Shown here piece by piece: positions 26,438-40,395 of a stretch of DNA of 64,000 nt; position 1 is the first letter of the stretch, and every line of letters begins with the position of its first letter. The stretch comes from Cirrosporium novae-zelandiae. Its lineage: Eukaryota. A model generated the notes under the pieces. The model was not told the DNA's origin. It made no database searches and saw nothing but the letters and a program-made list of their open reading frames with translations. The position numbers were made by a program, and so were the translations under genes. The stretch is taken from NCBI GenBank assembly GCA_026023565.1, contig JAPETS010000012.1, positions 496,001 through 560,000 on the forward strand, read 5' to 3'.

Positions 26438-29400
26438 ATGCCTCGCAAGAACCCTGATACTTCTGTTGTTTATGCTCAAAATACAGAGTCTCCCCCATCG
26501 ACAATTGCTGCGCAAATAGTGAACCGACTTTCTGTTGGAAATGGGCAACGAACGCCCGACTCTCGCGACAAGGGAAGCCTCCAGCAATTACTAGATGAGA
26601 TTCTAAGCCACGATGAGACTCAAGATTCGTCGCCCCTGGACGAGGATCTGTTGATGAATAGCAAAATGGTGTGTGTTATCGCACGAGCGGGCCTGGATCC
26701 GTTATTGCATGATGCCGTCTCCTCTGGCCAGCTTGAGGGCCCATCTCAAATGGTCACGTGCCTTGAAGTTATTGACCTTGTTATTCGCAAATCCCCAGGT
26801 ATACTCCTTGCCAAAGTGGATGATAATCTTCTGGGAATTGAGAATGAAGGAACCATCACATTATGGCTACTTCCAAAATTAGTTGGCCTATTGTGTCGAT
26901 TTTCTTCTCATGAAATGGTACACCAAAAAGCCAAACAGGCTCTTTCAACTATTGTCTTGAAATCATCAAGACTGTTTCAGCAGCGGCAGCTCGTTTCCGA
27001 TATCAGACATATATTACAATCTTTCGTTAAGAGTAAGTCACTGCTCTTCATTCCTTGGGGCATAAACTCATCAGCTAGATATTATATCAGTCGCAAAGAA
27101 TGATCACAGCCTTGATAGCTTCAAGCTCCAGGACGACCCACTTATTTCAAAACTTCCTGCTCAATCTAAGCTAGAAGTTGAGCGGGCACTTTCTCTTGTA
27201 CGCACCTTCCAAGAAATGGATAGTTGCATTTCCCTAATCCAGGTCTGCATCCAATCCTATTCTGACCAGAAACACAATTTATCGACTATCTTTGAGCGGC
27301 GAAATAACTGGTCTTGTGCTCTCAATAACTTACAAAACCTGTGGGTCATCTACTCCTCAAAAAATAGCCATTTCGCTACTCAGAGGTCATCCAACGACAA
27401 CCTCCTCATGAATTTCGTCAAGGCATTGCTACTACTACTGGAGGATTTCAACCTGATTACTACATTTGCTACTCATAGCTATTTCAGACTAACTGCGGGG
27501 GTATTTCGGTCTGCTATTAACGAACCCAACCAAGAATTGCAAATATGCCTCCACGAACTTCTGGACAGAATTTTTGGAATTGTGCAAGGTCAAATACGTT
27601 TGGTTGCAACTTATGTTGATTTCTTCCGCCCGATACTCGTAACCGTAAAGACAAACGACGACCTCTTTAGGAGCTTAACAAGCAATCTTCAGGTTTTGTT
27701 CTCGAATATGGCGAATGGGATTTATCGCTAATATTCAGTAGGATTCGATTTCTGCCGCGCTTGACCCCCTCAAACCAACAACAGTTGATGCACAAACGTG
27801 TGTTTTAGAAGAGCGGGGCTCAGATCCGATCCTTCGAGATGTATCAAAACCTACTGATGTTGAAGCTTTAAGCTACCAGCGAAGCAGGAAACGGCGTAGG
27901 CTCTCCCGTGACGATGAGAATCCTAAAATAGCTTCCAACAAGAAGTTGGAAGAAAGGATATTCAGTCTCCTTAACTTGCAAGGATCCAAGGATCTTTCTG
28001 GACTTAGTGCGGCTGCCTTGTGAGCTTTCTAGTCCATACTGCCCCATTTTCCTTGTATTAATGATTGTAGGAAATCAATGGAAATTTTAAAGGAGGAAGA
28101 ACAATGTTCTGCAATTAATCTCATCGGCCAACTGGCCTGCTCTAGCGCAAATTCTGGGTCCCCTGGGTTTCATTCATCTCAATGCATTTATTGCGATAGT
28201 GATTCCCCGGAACAACTGAAAAGAGTCCCATTAGATGGTAATAATATGAATGAAATATTTCATACAATCACAAACTTTCTGGAGTCATTTGAAATGCTAG
28301 CTTCGGTGAAAGTCCGAATAGAATTGATGCTAGTCATCGGACGCTTGGTTAATCATGCGACATCGTCTCAATACCTCAGTCTATCTGAAAATTTCCCTTA
28401 TGGAAAATTTTGTCTACAGTCTCTGAGGAGTCCTACTCGTGAACTGCGAATCGCTGCCGGGTAAGCACTCCGTCTCTAGACCACGCAATATAGAGGCTAA
28501 AATCAAGAAAAGGCGGGCATTGAAATCATTTTGTTATCCTGGAGTGGGGCTTGAGCTTTCTAGAGATAATGCATCCTTCGCACTTGACTTCTTGAATAAA
28601 GTATGCGAGACAAATGATCCTAGCTTGCAGGAAACTTCTATTTTAGCATTGACCAACTTGTCTGTGATCTGGATTTCGAGTTCTCTCAGACTCACAAAGG
28701 TGGCTTTGGATAGCTATCCTGCAGATAGAGAACTTGGTAAATCACTCCAGCGTCTTGTCGAGTTCTTGGGAAGCTCCAATTCATTAATATCGGGCTTATG
28801 CCTTAGCGGGGTTGGTTATGCATATCCATTGAATCCGTCACGATATCTAACTACTTACAGCTTCAAATTCTTGGGCAGACTGCAGTCGAATTTGTACCAG
28901 GGGGCGTGATTGGGGGTGTACCGCCTCACCACGTGGGCCTCCGAGTATTATTTTTACCATATTGGTCAACTCTTGCCCTTACGGCTGTGAACGGCTTACA
29001 GAGTCGACCACAGATCATAATGAACCTGTCAGACGCACTTGGAATGTCTGTCTCAGGACTTCTATCCTTGACCCAGTCCTGGACGCTTCCACACCTGGTA
29101 TTCACAAAGAAGAATGATATCCTCCAAAAGATCGCTCAATCGAAGGGCTCGGAGAGATCGGTAGGGGCTATGTGTTCTGAACGTACTAACATGGCTGTAA
29201 TTCTTGCCTATCTCTTGTTGCAGCCATCAGACGAACCCGAACGAACAATTCTGGAGATTATGGGAGATGTGTCTTCTGCCTTTAATGGGGAAGAGCTTTC
29301 ATCTCTGGTGAGGACCATTCCAACAGACATGGCAGCTGAACTACTGAAATATAGCGGAGATGATGAGAGGGAGAAAAAAGATGAGGTTAGTATAAAAGTA

Positions 29401-32400
29401 CCGTTTTGTAAAACTGCGCTAAAGCACAACAAGGTTAATCGGGCATTGCAACTCCTATCTACGCTTGCCTTTGGCAAGACTACACAGGAAAAGCCACGTA
29501 ATAAGAAGACTAATTACATTGGTCAGTTTTTTGACACACATATTCTGGGTATTATGGCTCTGTTTTCTGGGATCTTAAATGATTTCCTACACATCCAACC
29601 ACTTCCAACCAAACGCCAATGTCTGAGAGCCATTGGAGAAGTAGTCAAATTTGGCAAGTCCCACATCTCAAATGCTTTACCCCAGGTACGTTCTATCTCA
29701 ATCCCGAGCTTGGGTAGTATTCCTTACATTGGGAAATAGATTAGCGCCTGCCTACGCTCAGCAATCCAAGTTGAAGGGTTATGCGACGACGCCTTCCGAG
29801 CTTGGGTTATGCTAGTTGTATCATTAAGAAAGGGCGATGTTGAGCCGTTTATTGACCAAACGTTTGCTCTCATTGCACATTCATGGAGCTCCTTCAGCTC
29901 AGAGACAATGAAAATGGCTGTTGCCCTCGTCGAGCATCTATTTGAAAAGCATGGGGAAACAATTTATAGTTTGACTACCATGATTCCCTCGTTGACGTCG
30001 GTGCCCGGAATGTCCAAATTCGAGGAAGACCTAGAGAAACAAAAGGCTCGGATTGACACCAAACTCCAACTTCAAGCATATACCCAGCGCCTTAACAACG
30101 AGAATGGGGTTGTGGTAGAAGCGGCATTCAAAGAGCTTGCTCTTCAATTGAAACAGCATCAAGATTTAGTACATGAATCAGTCGTTAATGCCCGATCTGA
30201 TTCCATAGCAGCCGAACTCACTAGGGCAATCTTAGATGCTACCGTGCGTTTCAGTGAAGAGAGACCTGATATCGCAGGCTTAAGTGGTAAATGCTTGGGC
30301 TACATAGGATGTCTGGACCCAAATAAGATCGAGTCTATCAAGGAGAGCAAAGACATTATAGTATTATCTAACTTTGAAGACGTAAAAGAAACGTTGGAAT
30401 TTGTTTTTGTTTTTCTTGAGGAAGTTCTGGTGAATGTTTTTCTCCTAACATCAAATACGAAATTGCAAGGCTTTTTATCATTCGCAATGCAGGAGCTCTT
30501 GAAGTTTTGCGAGCTTGGGCCTCCAAATCCAAGTCGTGCAGGAAGTTCTCAAAATAATTACGGATATCATAGGTGGATTCGCTTGCCAGAATCGATAAGG
30601 AATACACTTGAACCTTTTAGAAATTCGAAATATACCGTTACTGTTGCTGCGACAACGCCAGAGTCATATCCTTTGTTTCGGCTTGGCATGAGCTATGCGG
30701 ATTGGTTACGGAGGTTTGCACTTGATATGCTTCAAAAAGCAGAGGATGGTAGCAATGTTGGTGCCATCTTTCTAATATGTGGAAGGATCATTCGGGGTCA
30801 AGATCTGTCTATTCCAAATTTTCTTCTTCCATTTGCAACATTAAATGTTGTTGTAAATGGTAGCGAAGACACGAGAAAGGGAGTCGCAGTCGAGCTGCGC
30901 AATGTCCTTCAACTTCCTATGTCTGGACTCGAACATAGTGAAAAGGAGCAATTAATATTAAGCAGTGAAGTGAGTTATAAAACACCCTAGAAGCGAATGA
31001 GGCAACTGACAACATTTATTAGAGTGTATTTCAGGTTCTTGATTACATTACTCGATGGGTACAGGATAAAAAAAAGCAAGTACGAAAGGAACAGAGCCGT
31101 TCGAGCATTGCGTATGCTACAAATATTTCCACGACTCAAATCCAACATGTTGAAAATACTCTAGCACAAGTTCCTGCCGAGGTGATATCACAACGGGCGG
31201 TAGAATGCAAATCATTTTCTAGGGCTCTTTTTCATTGGGAGCAGTATATACGACAAGAAAAGGCCAAAAAATCGAAACAGAGCAAGCCCGAGTCATTGGA
31301 GCCCCTTTATGAGCGACTACAAGATATCTACACTCAAATTGACGAGCCTGACGGGATCGAAGGCATTTCGGCTAATTTACATGTGCTGAATGTTGACCAG
31401 CAAATCCTAGAGCATAGAAAAGCTGGTCGTTGGACTGCTGCTCAGAGCTGGTATGAATTGATGTTGAACGAGGAACCCGAGAATGTGGATATACAGGTCA
31501 ATCTTTTAAGCTGCCTAAAGGATTCGGGGCAACACGGTAATATAATCCACCCTTGTTAAAGAATATTACCTAACGTTTTGCAGATGTTCTACTCAATCAA
31601 TTTGACAGGCTGCAGCAAACACACTCTTCCTTGTCTCGAACCCTCCCGTACGCTGCAGAGGCGTCTTGGGTCACGAGCAAATGGGATAAATTAGGGGATT
31701 GTATTACTAGATCTCCATCTGCTATTGAAGGAGACTTCAACGTAGCGATTGGAAGTGCCTTAGTGGCGCTCCATAATGAAGAGCTGTTGAAATTTTCTGA
31801 AATAGTTGCTCATTTACGACAACATGCAGCAAAATCCCTAACGGCCACTAATACGGCATCATTCCAAGCCTGCCATGAGATTATGCTAAGGCTTCAAGTT
31901 CTTACTGAAATTGAAGAAATAGTACATCTTCCAAGAGACGATCTACGCGGTAAAGAAACCCTCCTTGGGTCTCTTGATCGCCGTCTAGATGTTATGGGTG
32001 CATTTCTGACTGATAAGCAATATGTCCTTGGGCTACGCCGTGCAGCTATGCGACTCTCGTATGTGTCCTATTTAACTCCTCAACGATACTTGCTAATGAT
32101 TCACAGTCCTTGTTTTCAAGATACAGACATCGCTGCCTCCTGGCTAACTAGTGCTAGACTTGCTCGAAAAGGTGAATTCAAGCATCAAGCTTTCAGCGCA
32201 GTTTTGCATGCAGCTCAGCTTGGTGATGATTCGGCTACAATAGAACAAGCTAGACTTCTATGGGGTGAGGGCCATCACCGAAAGGCTATACAAACTCTCG
32301 AGGGTGCAATAGAATCAAATGCCTTTGGATCACATAACCGACTACTTCCGGACGATGATAATGAAAATCACACCCGTAACACACAAGAACAAAATTATCT

Positions 32401-34402
32401 TACTGCCAGAGCATATGTCTTACTTGGGAAATGGATGGACCGAGCGGGACAAACCCGATCAGACTTTATTATCAAGAAGTATAAAACGGCGACAAAAATG
32501 CACAGCAGATGGGAGAAAGGCTTTTATTACCTAGGAAAGCATTATAATAAAATTCTCGAGTCAGAAAGAGCCAAGCAACCCGATAAACAGGATGAGAGAT
32601 ATATTGGTGGAGAGATGGCTAAGCACGTCATCGATAATTATCTCAAAGCTATTTCGTTTGGTTCAAAGTATGTCTATCAGACTGTTCCTAGAATTTTGAC
32701 GTTATGGCTTGATCTTGGATCCGCTGTGGACAATCCCATCTCATCCCTATATGGCAATCCCGCATTCCGTCAACATATTAAAGAATTAAGGAAACGCCAG
32801 CTTAAAGACATCCATTCGCTGCTAAAGAAAAAAATGGATAATCTGCCAGGTTTCGTCTTCTATACAGCCTTGACCCAAATTGTTGCCCGTATCTGCCATG
32901 AGAACGAATCTGTCTACCTGATATTGCGTCAAATCATTGTGAAGGTCGTTTCGGCCCACCCGCAGCAAGCCCTATGGGCTCTGTTGGCTGTCGTCAAGTC
33001 TTCATCGTCGGATAGAAGATCTAGAGGCGGATCGTGCTTACAGGCCATACCAGAGCACATTAGGAAAACAAAAGGCAGACCTTCCAGCGAGTCTGTCCTC
33101 CATTTAATAAATCAAGGTCAAAGGCTCGTGGACTATCTACTCAGGGCATGTGAAGCAGACGTTGACATGAAATATCCGGTCAGCTTATCAAAGCATCTAG
33201 GTTTCAACCATAAAATTGCCCCCTGCCGTTTAGTCATTCCCCTAGAGCATACATTGAACGCCACGCTACCGATGGGTGAAAATGTCAACATACTAACACA
33301 TCGGGCCTTTCCACCTTACCCAACTACTATAGCCTTGTTTCTAGACGAAGTCCTGGTTTTGAAGTCGCTTGCTCGGCCCCGAAAAATTATGGTTCGTGGA
33401 TCCGACGGTCGTGTACATGGACTCTTGTGCAAGCCCAAAGATGACCTTCGCAAAGATCAACGTTTGATGGCATTCAATTCGATGATTACTCGTCTCCTGC
33501 GCCGCGATACTGAATCCAGTAAACGGCGTCTTTACATCAAAACCTATGCTGTGACTCCATTAAACGAGGAGTGCGGTCTTATTGAATGGGTCAACAACCT
33601 GAAAACTCTCCGCGAGATTCTCCTCAAGAAGTACGACGAAAAAGCCGTGCATATTAACTACAGGGAGATCCAGGACCGTCTTAACGAGGGTTGCCGGACC
33701 GACGACGTCAAAATCTTTACCGATGATGTGCTTCCCCGTTTTCCTTCTGTGTTCCACGAATGGTTCGTCGAAATGTTTCCCGAACCAAGTAGCTGGTTCA
33801 GCGCACGTCTCAAGTACACCCGTTCCTGCGCCGTCATGTCAATGGTCGGTGTGGTTCTTGGTCTTGGCGACCGCCACGGTGAGAACATCCTATTCGAAGA
33901 AGACACGGGCGGAACGTTCCACGTGGATTTCAACTGCCTTTTCGACAAGGGTCAGACGTTTGCGAAGCCGGAGAAGGTGCCGTTTCGCCTGACGCATAAT
34001 ATGGTGGATGCGTTCGGGGCTTACGGCATCGACGGCCCGTTCCGAAAATGCTGCGAACTCACCATGCGAATTTTACGCCAGAACGAGGATACGCTCATGA
34101 CGATCCTCGAGACATTTCTCTACGATCCCACGACCGATTTCATGCCCGGGAAGAAGAAACACGGTGGCGGTGGCGGTGGCGGTGGTAGCGGTGGGGGCGC
34201 AGGTTGGGTCGGAGGAATCGGAGGGGACGTCCCGTCAACGCCGGAGCAGGTGCTAGAGAGCGTTCGAGGTAAGGTTAGGGGATTTGTCAAGGGGGAGAGC
34301 ATGCCGCTGAATGTGGAGGGATTTGTGAATTTTTTGATCAATATGGCTACGGATCAGGGGAACTTGATGCGGATGTATGTGGGGTGGTGTGCTTTCTTTT
34401 AG
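26438..34402 (+). CDS. MEC1: PIKK checkpoint kinase ATR/Mec1/Rad3
   Basis: Multi-exon HEAT/UME-FAT-kinase-FATC architecture: RALFHWEQY, IYTQIDEPDGIEGI, LCKPKDDLRKDQRLM, LGLGDRHGENIL, HVDFNCLFDKG, PEKVPFRLTHNM, C-terminal MYVGWCAFF. The exact start codon is less certain. Confidence 0.96.
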
Positions 34403-34829
34403 GCTTTGGGGGTTGGGATATGGGAGGGGAGGGTAGGATGGATGGATGGTGGGTGAGAGAGGTGGGAGAGGTGTAGGTACCTATCTTATTTTGTCTACTG
34501 AATTACCTACCAACCTACCTATCCATCTACATCTACTATGATATCTCATTTATCATGGAAAGACATGACTTATAAGTTATAATATTAATATAAACGACGC
34601 ATGGACGTGGGTATAGACATGGGCTTAGGCATAGCGCTGATGGCATATACTGCAGATATATAGATATACACACGCACGTACACACATATGAAATATAATT
34701 CTTTCTTATATGTACTATGCCATACTTACACACTATCCCAATGGTCGTACATAATTTGCCGACCCATTCGTTCATTGTAGATATGACCTTGAACTTGACC
34801 CATCCATTCTAATCTAATCCAAATACCAC

Positions 34830-34860
<31 letters not shown>

Positions 34861-35170
34861 CCAGTAGAAAAGTACCTGAATATCTCTATTATTACATTAA
34901 GAATTAGGAGAACAAAGTTTTTTTTATATATATAAAAGCTAGTTTGATTGGTATGATTTTGCTTTATAACACTTTCTTTGTTAATCCTACAGTTTTTGTT
35001 CCAAACACCCCTTTTTTGAGTCCCTTTTTCATGGACCGTTGTACATGTGCATGCATGCGGCGGTAGAGTATTCCCTGGAAAACAATCTAAGAAGGATCTC
35101 CGTATCTCAGAATAACCCGATGAGTAAAACATGTTTTGGTATCGAGTAGCTCTTTTCACGGCACTTGGTC

Positions 35171-36592
35171 TCATCGTCTTCTGCTACCACCGTACCTGCC
35201 TCCTCGACTCCTACTCCTACTCCTACTCCTGTTTCTGTCACTATAGCTGCTGTAACTGCTGTAGCTTGGGCTCCTTCTTCTTCTACCTCCTCTTGGACTT
35301 CTAGCTCTCTCTCCTCCTCCTGTCCCTACTCCTCCTCCACCCCTCCTTCTCCTTGGTGGTAGGGAATACGACCTCGACCTTGACGAATATGACCTAGATC
35401 GATCTCGGCCTCGTGGCGAACGCGATCGCGGGGAGTAAGGTGACCGGGAACGTGATCGTGGTCGATATGTATCAAAATTGCTACCGCGGTCAGAGCGGCC
35501 ACCATAGCGTGGACGTCGTGGAGGGACAGGTGAACGGTCACGGTATCGTCCTCCGCGAGGTGGAGAATCTGGAGGTGCTATTGGGCGATAGGGTGGGGGT
35601 GGCCCATTGCGCGAATCATTGGCAATGGGGGGAGGATAACGTGGACGGGCAGATGGCGGTCCAGGGCTCAGACGAGGAATTACAATCGAGACGTTGATGG
35701 TCGCGCCGTCGAGCTGGCCGTCGTGCATATATGAAATGGCCTTTTCCGCGCAAAAGGTGTCGACATAAGTTATGTAGGCTGTACCGCGGTTGGTCATGAC
35801 TAGGTGAGTTTCATTAGATACTGAAGGGAGATGGAGGGAAGTTAAGGATGCTTACACTGTCTGTTCATGGGTATATCGATCTCGCGTATCTCGCCATAGG
35901 TGCTAAATATCTCACGAAGGTGACCCTCATTGACGTTCTTTGTAAGTTTCTCAACCACAATCTGCGTTGATGGGAAGTCAGTGTCCATTTTCTCCAGATA
36001 ACTTTTCACTTGTGTTCAATTACGATTCTCCAGTGGATAATTTCATTCGTCTCAGGCAACTTTAAAGTTCCTATGGTTTTCAAGGGAGTCGCTGTGACTC
36101 TATGTTCTATAGCATAGATAGATTATGAATGTCGTGTTGAGGGTATATCTTGAGCTTAAAGTGAGAGATCGCGAGTAAGGACCTTAATTGGATGCGCTAT
36201 TTCAAAGAGATGAAATGGAATAAAACAAGACGAGGATTCATGAAACGTACCTTGGTACTCTTTGGAGGTGGACTGTGGCTAGCACTCCGACTGTAGCTTC
36301 TCTCTCTGTAATCCCTCTGACGACTCCTGCTCCTGCTTTTCGATACACTTTGCGAAACACTTCTGCTTATGCTCCTGCCACCATCTTTCACTCTATCTCG
36401 TCCATTTCGAGAAGGAGGGGACCGAGATAAAACTCTCGACCTTGATCTTGAACGCGAAGCAGAACGAGGTGGGATTGAACGTCGAGGTGAGCGTGAGCGA
36501 ATTGGACTACGAGATTGACGAGAGGCTGAACGAGGTGAAATAGCTGGAGATTGAGCTGGCGAGCGACCTCGCTCGGGGGATTGTGAGGGCAT
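35171..36592 (-). CDS. RNPS1-like SR protein (RRM flanked by RS-rich regions)
   Basis: RS-rich N- and C-termini; RRM STK|IVVEKLTKNVNEGHLREIFSTYGEI...NRGTAYITY...AEKAISYMHDGQLDGA. Two introns. Confidence 0.92.
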
Positions 36593-36983
36593 ATCTGGTT
36601 TATGAAGAGCAAAAATGAATTATTTTGGCTGAAGTGTTTACCAGTGAAAGCATCGCGAAAGTAAAGCTGCTGGTTGCTAGTTCAAGCTACACCCGCGCAC
36701 AGACCACCTCCAAAATCATGGATGACTATGGACTGCATCTCCTTGCTCTCGAGATAATTGCAGGATAGGAAAATACTATAAGACAGTGGCTCGTTGCTAA
36801 TAGTTCATCTAGAATTTAAAATCTCGGGATTCTACCAATAATCTAGACTAAAAATAAATTATGCTGATTCAGGTCTTGGAATTCACAAGAATGATTTGAA
36901 AATAATTAAAGAGATTATACATACACACACTCTATATATCCCTAATCTATATACAGAAGAATATGAACAAGTGCCACACTTGA

Positions 36984-39900
36984 TTAGTAGTTCCATTGCT
37001 TCAACCAAAGTTCCATCAGCTTAGCGTCGCAGGGTCCCTGTTCAGCCATCGTCTTGCTACACTCCTTGGTATGCTCTGTCGCCAGCACGGGCAACGCTCC
37101 CAACAGCAAACCCCGCAAGAAATCCATAATCTTTAGCGCGGGCTTCTCAGTGATCTCTTGTTCGGACGGCTTCGCAGCCATGACCCTCTCCAGGCAGCCC
37201 AACCATTCTTCATAGGGCACAACCTCCGCGGGGGAGCCAGATTTGCTATGTTCCTGGAAGTAGGTTTGGATGGGAGGGATGAGCTCAGACCACTTTGCCC
37301 ACCTGTGGTTCACAAGATGGAATGTGTCGTGCATGTGGCCTTCTTTCTTCTGGGTCTCCAGTCGTGTCTTGATAAGCTCCGTGACGATCATGGCCATCTT
37401 ATCAATGCACACCCAGTCAACTTCGGTAACCCTACCCAACGTCGCCGGGATCTTATTCAGTGACTTGGATGTCTTGATGATGCTCGGAACCCATTCAGCA
37501 TCATTCCACTTACCCTTTTCCAGTGATGGACCGCCAATCTGGCCGACTCTTCCAACACTAGAAGGAACGCCAGCCTTTTCGGCCGCGATGGCTAGCATAC
37601 GTTCGCCGACATGCTTACTCTCGCCATAGCCCTGCGGAAGGGCGGCTTCGTCATCGAGCATGGGGATTTCGGGCACGATGCTCGAAACCTGTCCACCTTT
37701 GGTGGCAGCCCAGTTGCTGACGCCCGCGATGGAAGAGATAAAGAAAATGTGAGGGCGGTATTTGCTCTGTAGCGATAAATCAATCAAGTTCCGAACACCA
37801 ATAACGTGTGGGTCTTCGAAGGTCTCCAGGGTATGGTTGAAGTTCACGGCCCAGGCATTGTGGATTATAATATTTGTATTTGCTTTCAGGTCGGCCATTG
37901 TGCTATCGGATAATCCAAAATTGGGATCAGCGAGGTTGATGCGATACCATTCGATTTTAGATGAAGCTTGTAAATCATGACTATAGCCCTTCTCCTGGAG
38001 GTTTTGTTGGTTAAGATCCATGGCATTGGAATCCCGGTTGAAGCAATAGATCTTGGTCACTGCAGGGTCCGAGAGAAGAAAGTGGAGGAAGTAGGTTCCA
38101 AGGTTTCCTGTTGATCCGGTTAGGATAACCTTGAGGTTGTTGGGGTCGGTTGGTGTAGCAGGAGTTGGAGAAGGTACAAGATCAGCGGTATATTTGTCGA
38201 TCATGGCTTGAATCTTCTCGATACGCCCGTGGAATCCATTTGACACCCCATTGCCATTGGTTGTACCGTTAAGTACACAATCAAGGTAGCCTGCTAGCTG
38301 GCCGATTGATGGATGTTGGTAAACCATCCTAGCAGAAAGGTCAGCTCCATGGGCACCATCGGGGCCAAGCTGCTCATCCACTGCATGTCGCATAGCATTG
38401 GCCAGACCAATTGTTTGCAAGCTGTCAAAGCCATGGGCGTAGAAATCAGCATCGTCACTCAATTTCGAGGTACTAAATGTCGTCTCAACACATTTTCTTA
38501 TAAACCCTTTAAGATTATGGACGTTCAGGACTTGTGGAAGCTTGGGTACTTCAACTTTGACAGAGTTTTGATAGAGGGCCTCGATTTCTTTCTCGTAGCT
38601 CATCACTGTAGCGGCTCGCTGAATGGTGCCTTTACCAGCTCTCTTAAAGGGCTTTTCGGGCTTTGACACCATGATCATGGATTTGTAGATTCTTCCAGTT
38701 CCAGCCGAGAAATCATTGGCTTGTTTGACCGTTGGCCATATTTCCTCAATTAGATCCTGGATGTCATTTGATGTGGGGTCCCAGCGGCTTGTATCAGGTT
38801 CAATAATGAGGCCGACTTGAAATCGTCCTTGGCCTACAACAACTGCACCACGGACAAGCGGATGATCTTCAATGAATTTCTCTTGTGAAACAGGGTTCCA
38901 TCTGATGATTGTCAGCACAATCTAAGATGCAAGAAGAGGAAGGAAATGGGAAGATCATACTTTTCACCGTTGGACAGAACAATCACATCATCTAGCCTAC
39001 CAACAAATTGCCATAGGTTAGGATTGTGGTCTGCTCTTCTGAAAAGATCCTTTGTCCTCCATTCGTCCAGATTAGGGAAATTATTAAAGACGCATTGCCA
39101 ATCAAGGTATTTCTCGTTTTTTGGCATAACCAACTCATACAACCCTTCCCAAGCTTCTCGCATCCTGCCAAATTGTTAGAAATCGCAATGCAATTACAGA
39201 TACTAATACTGACTCGACCCCTGAATAGGGATTCCACTCGAACCAACTCCAATCCTTTCTTTCTCGAGGGATCAGGGATGTGATTAGTCCACACTCGGTG
39301 CTACCAATCATCTGGATAACCGTCGTAATATTCATCAACCGATCGCCAGATGGTTTTGAAAGCGGACCTCCTGCATATAAGACATACTTCAGCTTCGACA
39401 GCTGCTCTCGTGCCTTGGGATTGATACTGAGATCTTCTATGAAGCTGGGAGGGAGCAAAGCTGCTGTCAAGTCAAGCTGTGAGGCAAGGCTCAGGAACAT
39501 GTCCTCGTTCAACAATGTCTCCGAGGGCTGCAGCACCACTACAGCCCCGCTAAAAATGGGTATAGGAAGCATGCACACGGCTCCTGTCACATGAAAAGCA
39601 GGAAAGGGCGTGAAGAAAAGTTCTCCCGATTTTAAAACGAAGAGATCCGAATTGAGTCGGCCAGCTGGAGTTGGCATTTCTTGGATATTCTCCAACTTGG
39701 AAATGAAAGAATGAGTGATCTCGATGGGTGACGGAAGGCCAGTGGATCCAGATGTGTGGAAAACATGAGCGGGTCTCATTGCTAATTCCTCGTAGGTCTT
39801 CGTAAATGGGTAATGCCTGGAAGCATTTTTGGACGCCAGAATTTCTGCATATGTCGGAATGTTGACGCTCTTGAGCGGCACACCTGCACCCTTACTGGCG

Positions 39901-40395
39901 TGATGGATAAGGGGCGCCCATTCCTTGGTGTGGAAGAAGGTGAGAGCTCTCGTCTTCTGAATCAAAGAGGCAAATCCTTCGGCAGAGTTCCTCGGGCTGG
40001 TCAGAAGGGCCTATGTCATAATTAGGTCTCGCATAATCCTTGAAGAGACAGGGTTTTGTTTTGCATAAACTCACCTTGTATCCAGCCTTGATTAATGCAA
40101 CAAAAAAGATAGGATATCTTATATCATTGGGACCCAAATACCCTACCGTCTGCTCCCCCCATTTTCCTTTGGGTTTCCCAAGCGTTTCCTCTAGCCACCA
40201 GCTCACGCTATTAATAGCGTCTGCAAATTCGCGATAACTCACCTCGTGAAATCCATCGGATATGTTTGCAGACTTTGGGATCAGGGCATAGAGCTTTGAT
40301 GGTGTATCTCTCGCAAGATCATCAACGATATTTGGTAGTAAACGATAGCCTATCTCTTTCTCAATTGCAGGTGTTGCAGCAGCAGGAACAGGCAT
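36984..40395 (-). CDS. NRPS-like A-T-R enzyme (adenylate-forming reductase, carboxylic acid reductase type)
   Basis: A domain HTSGSTGLP, GSTECG, TKDLF, GRLDDVIVLSNGEK, KRAGKGT; carrier motif GFDSLQ; R domain ILTGSTGNLG, HNAWAVNF, GYGESK. Three introns. Confidence 0.95.

Noticed and set aside
29386..32106. Stop-free 48-nt introns in ATR (29386-29433 and 32059-32106) as regulated retention events
   Set aside because: Short 3n introns without stops occur by chance; both look like ordinary introns and the sequence gives no evidence of retention.
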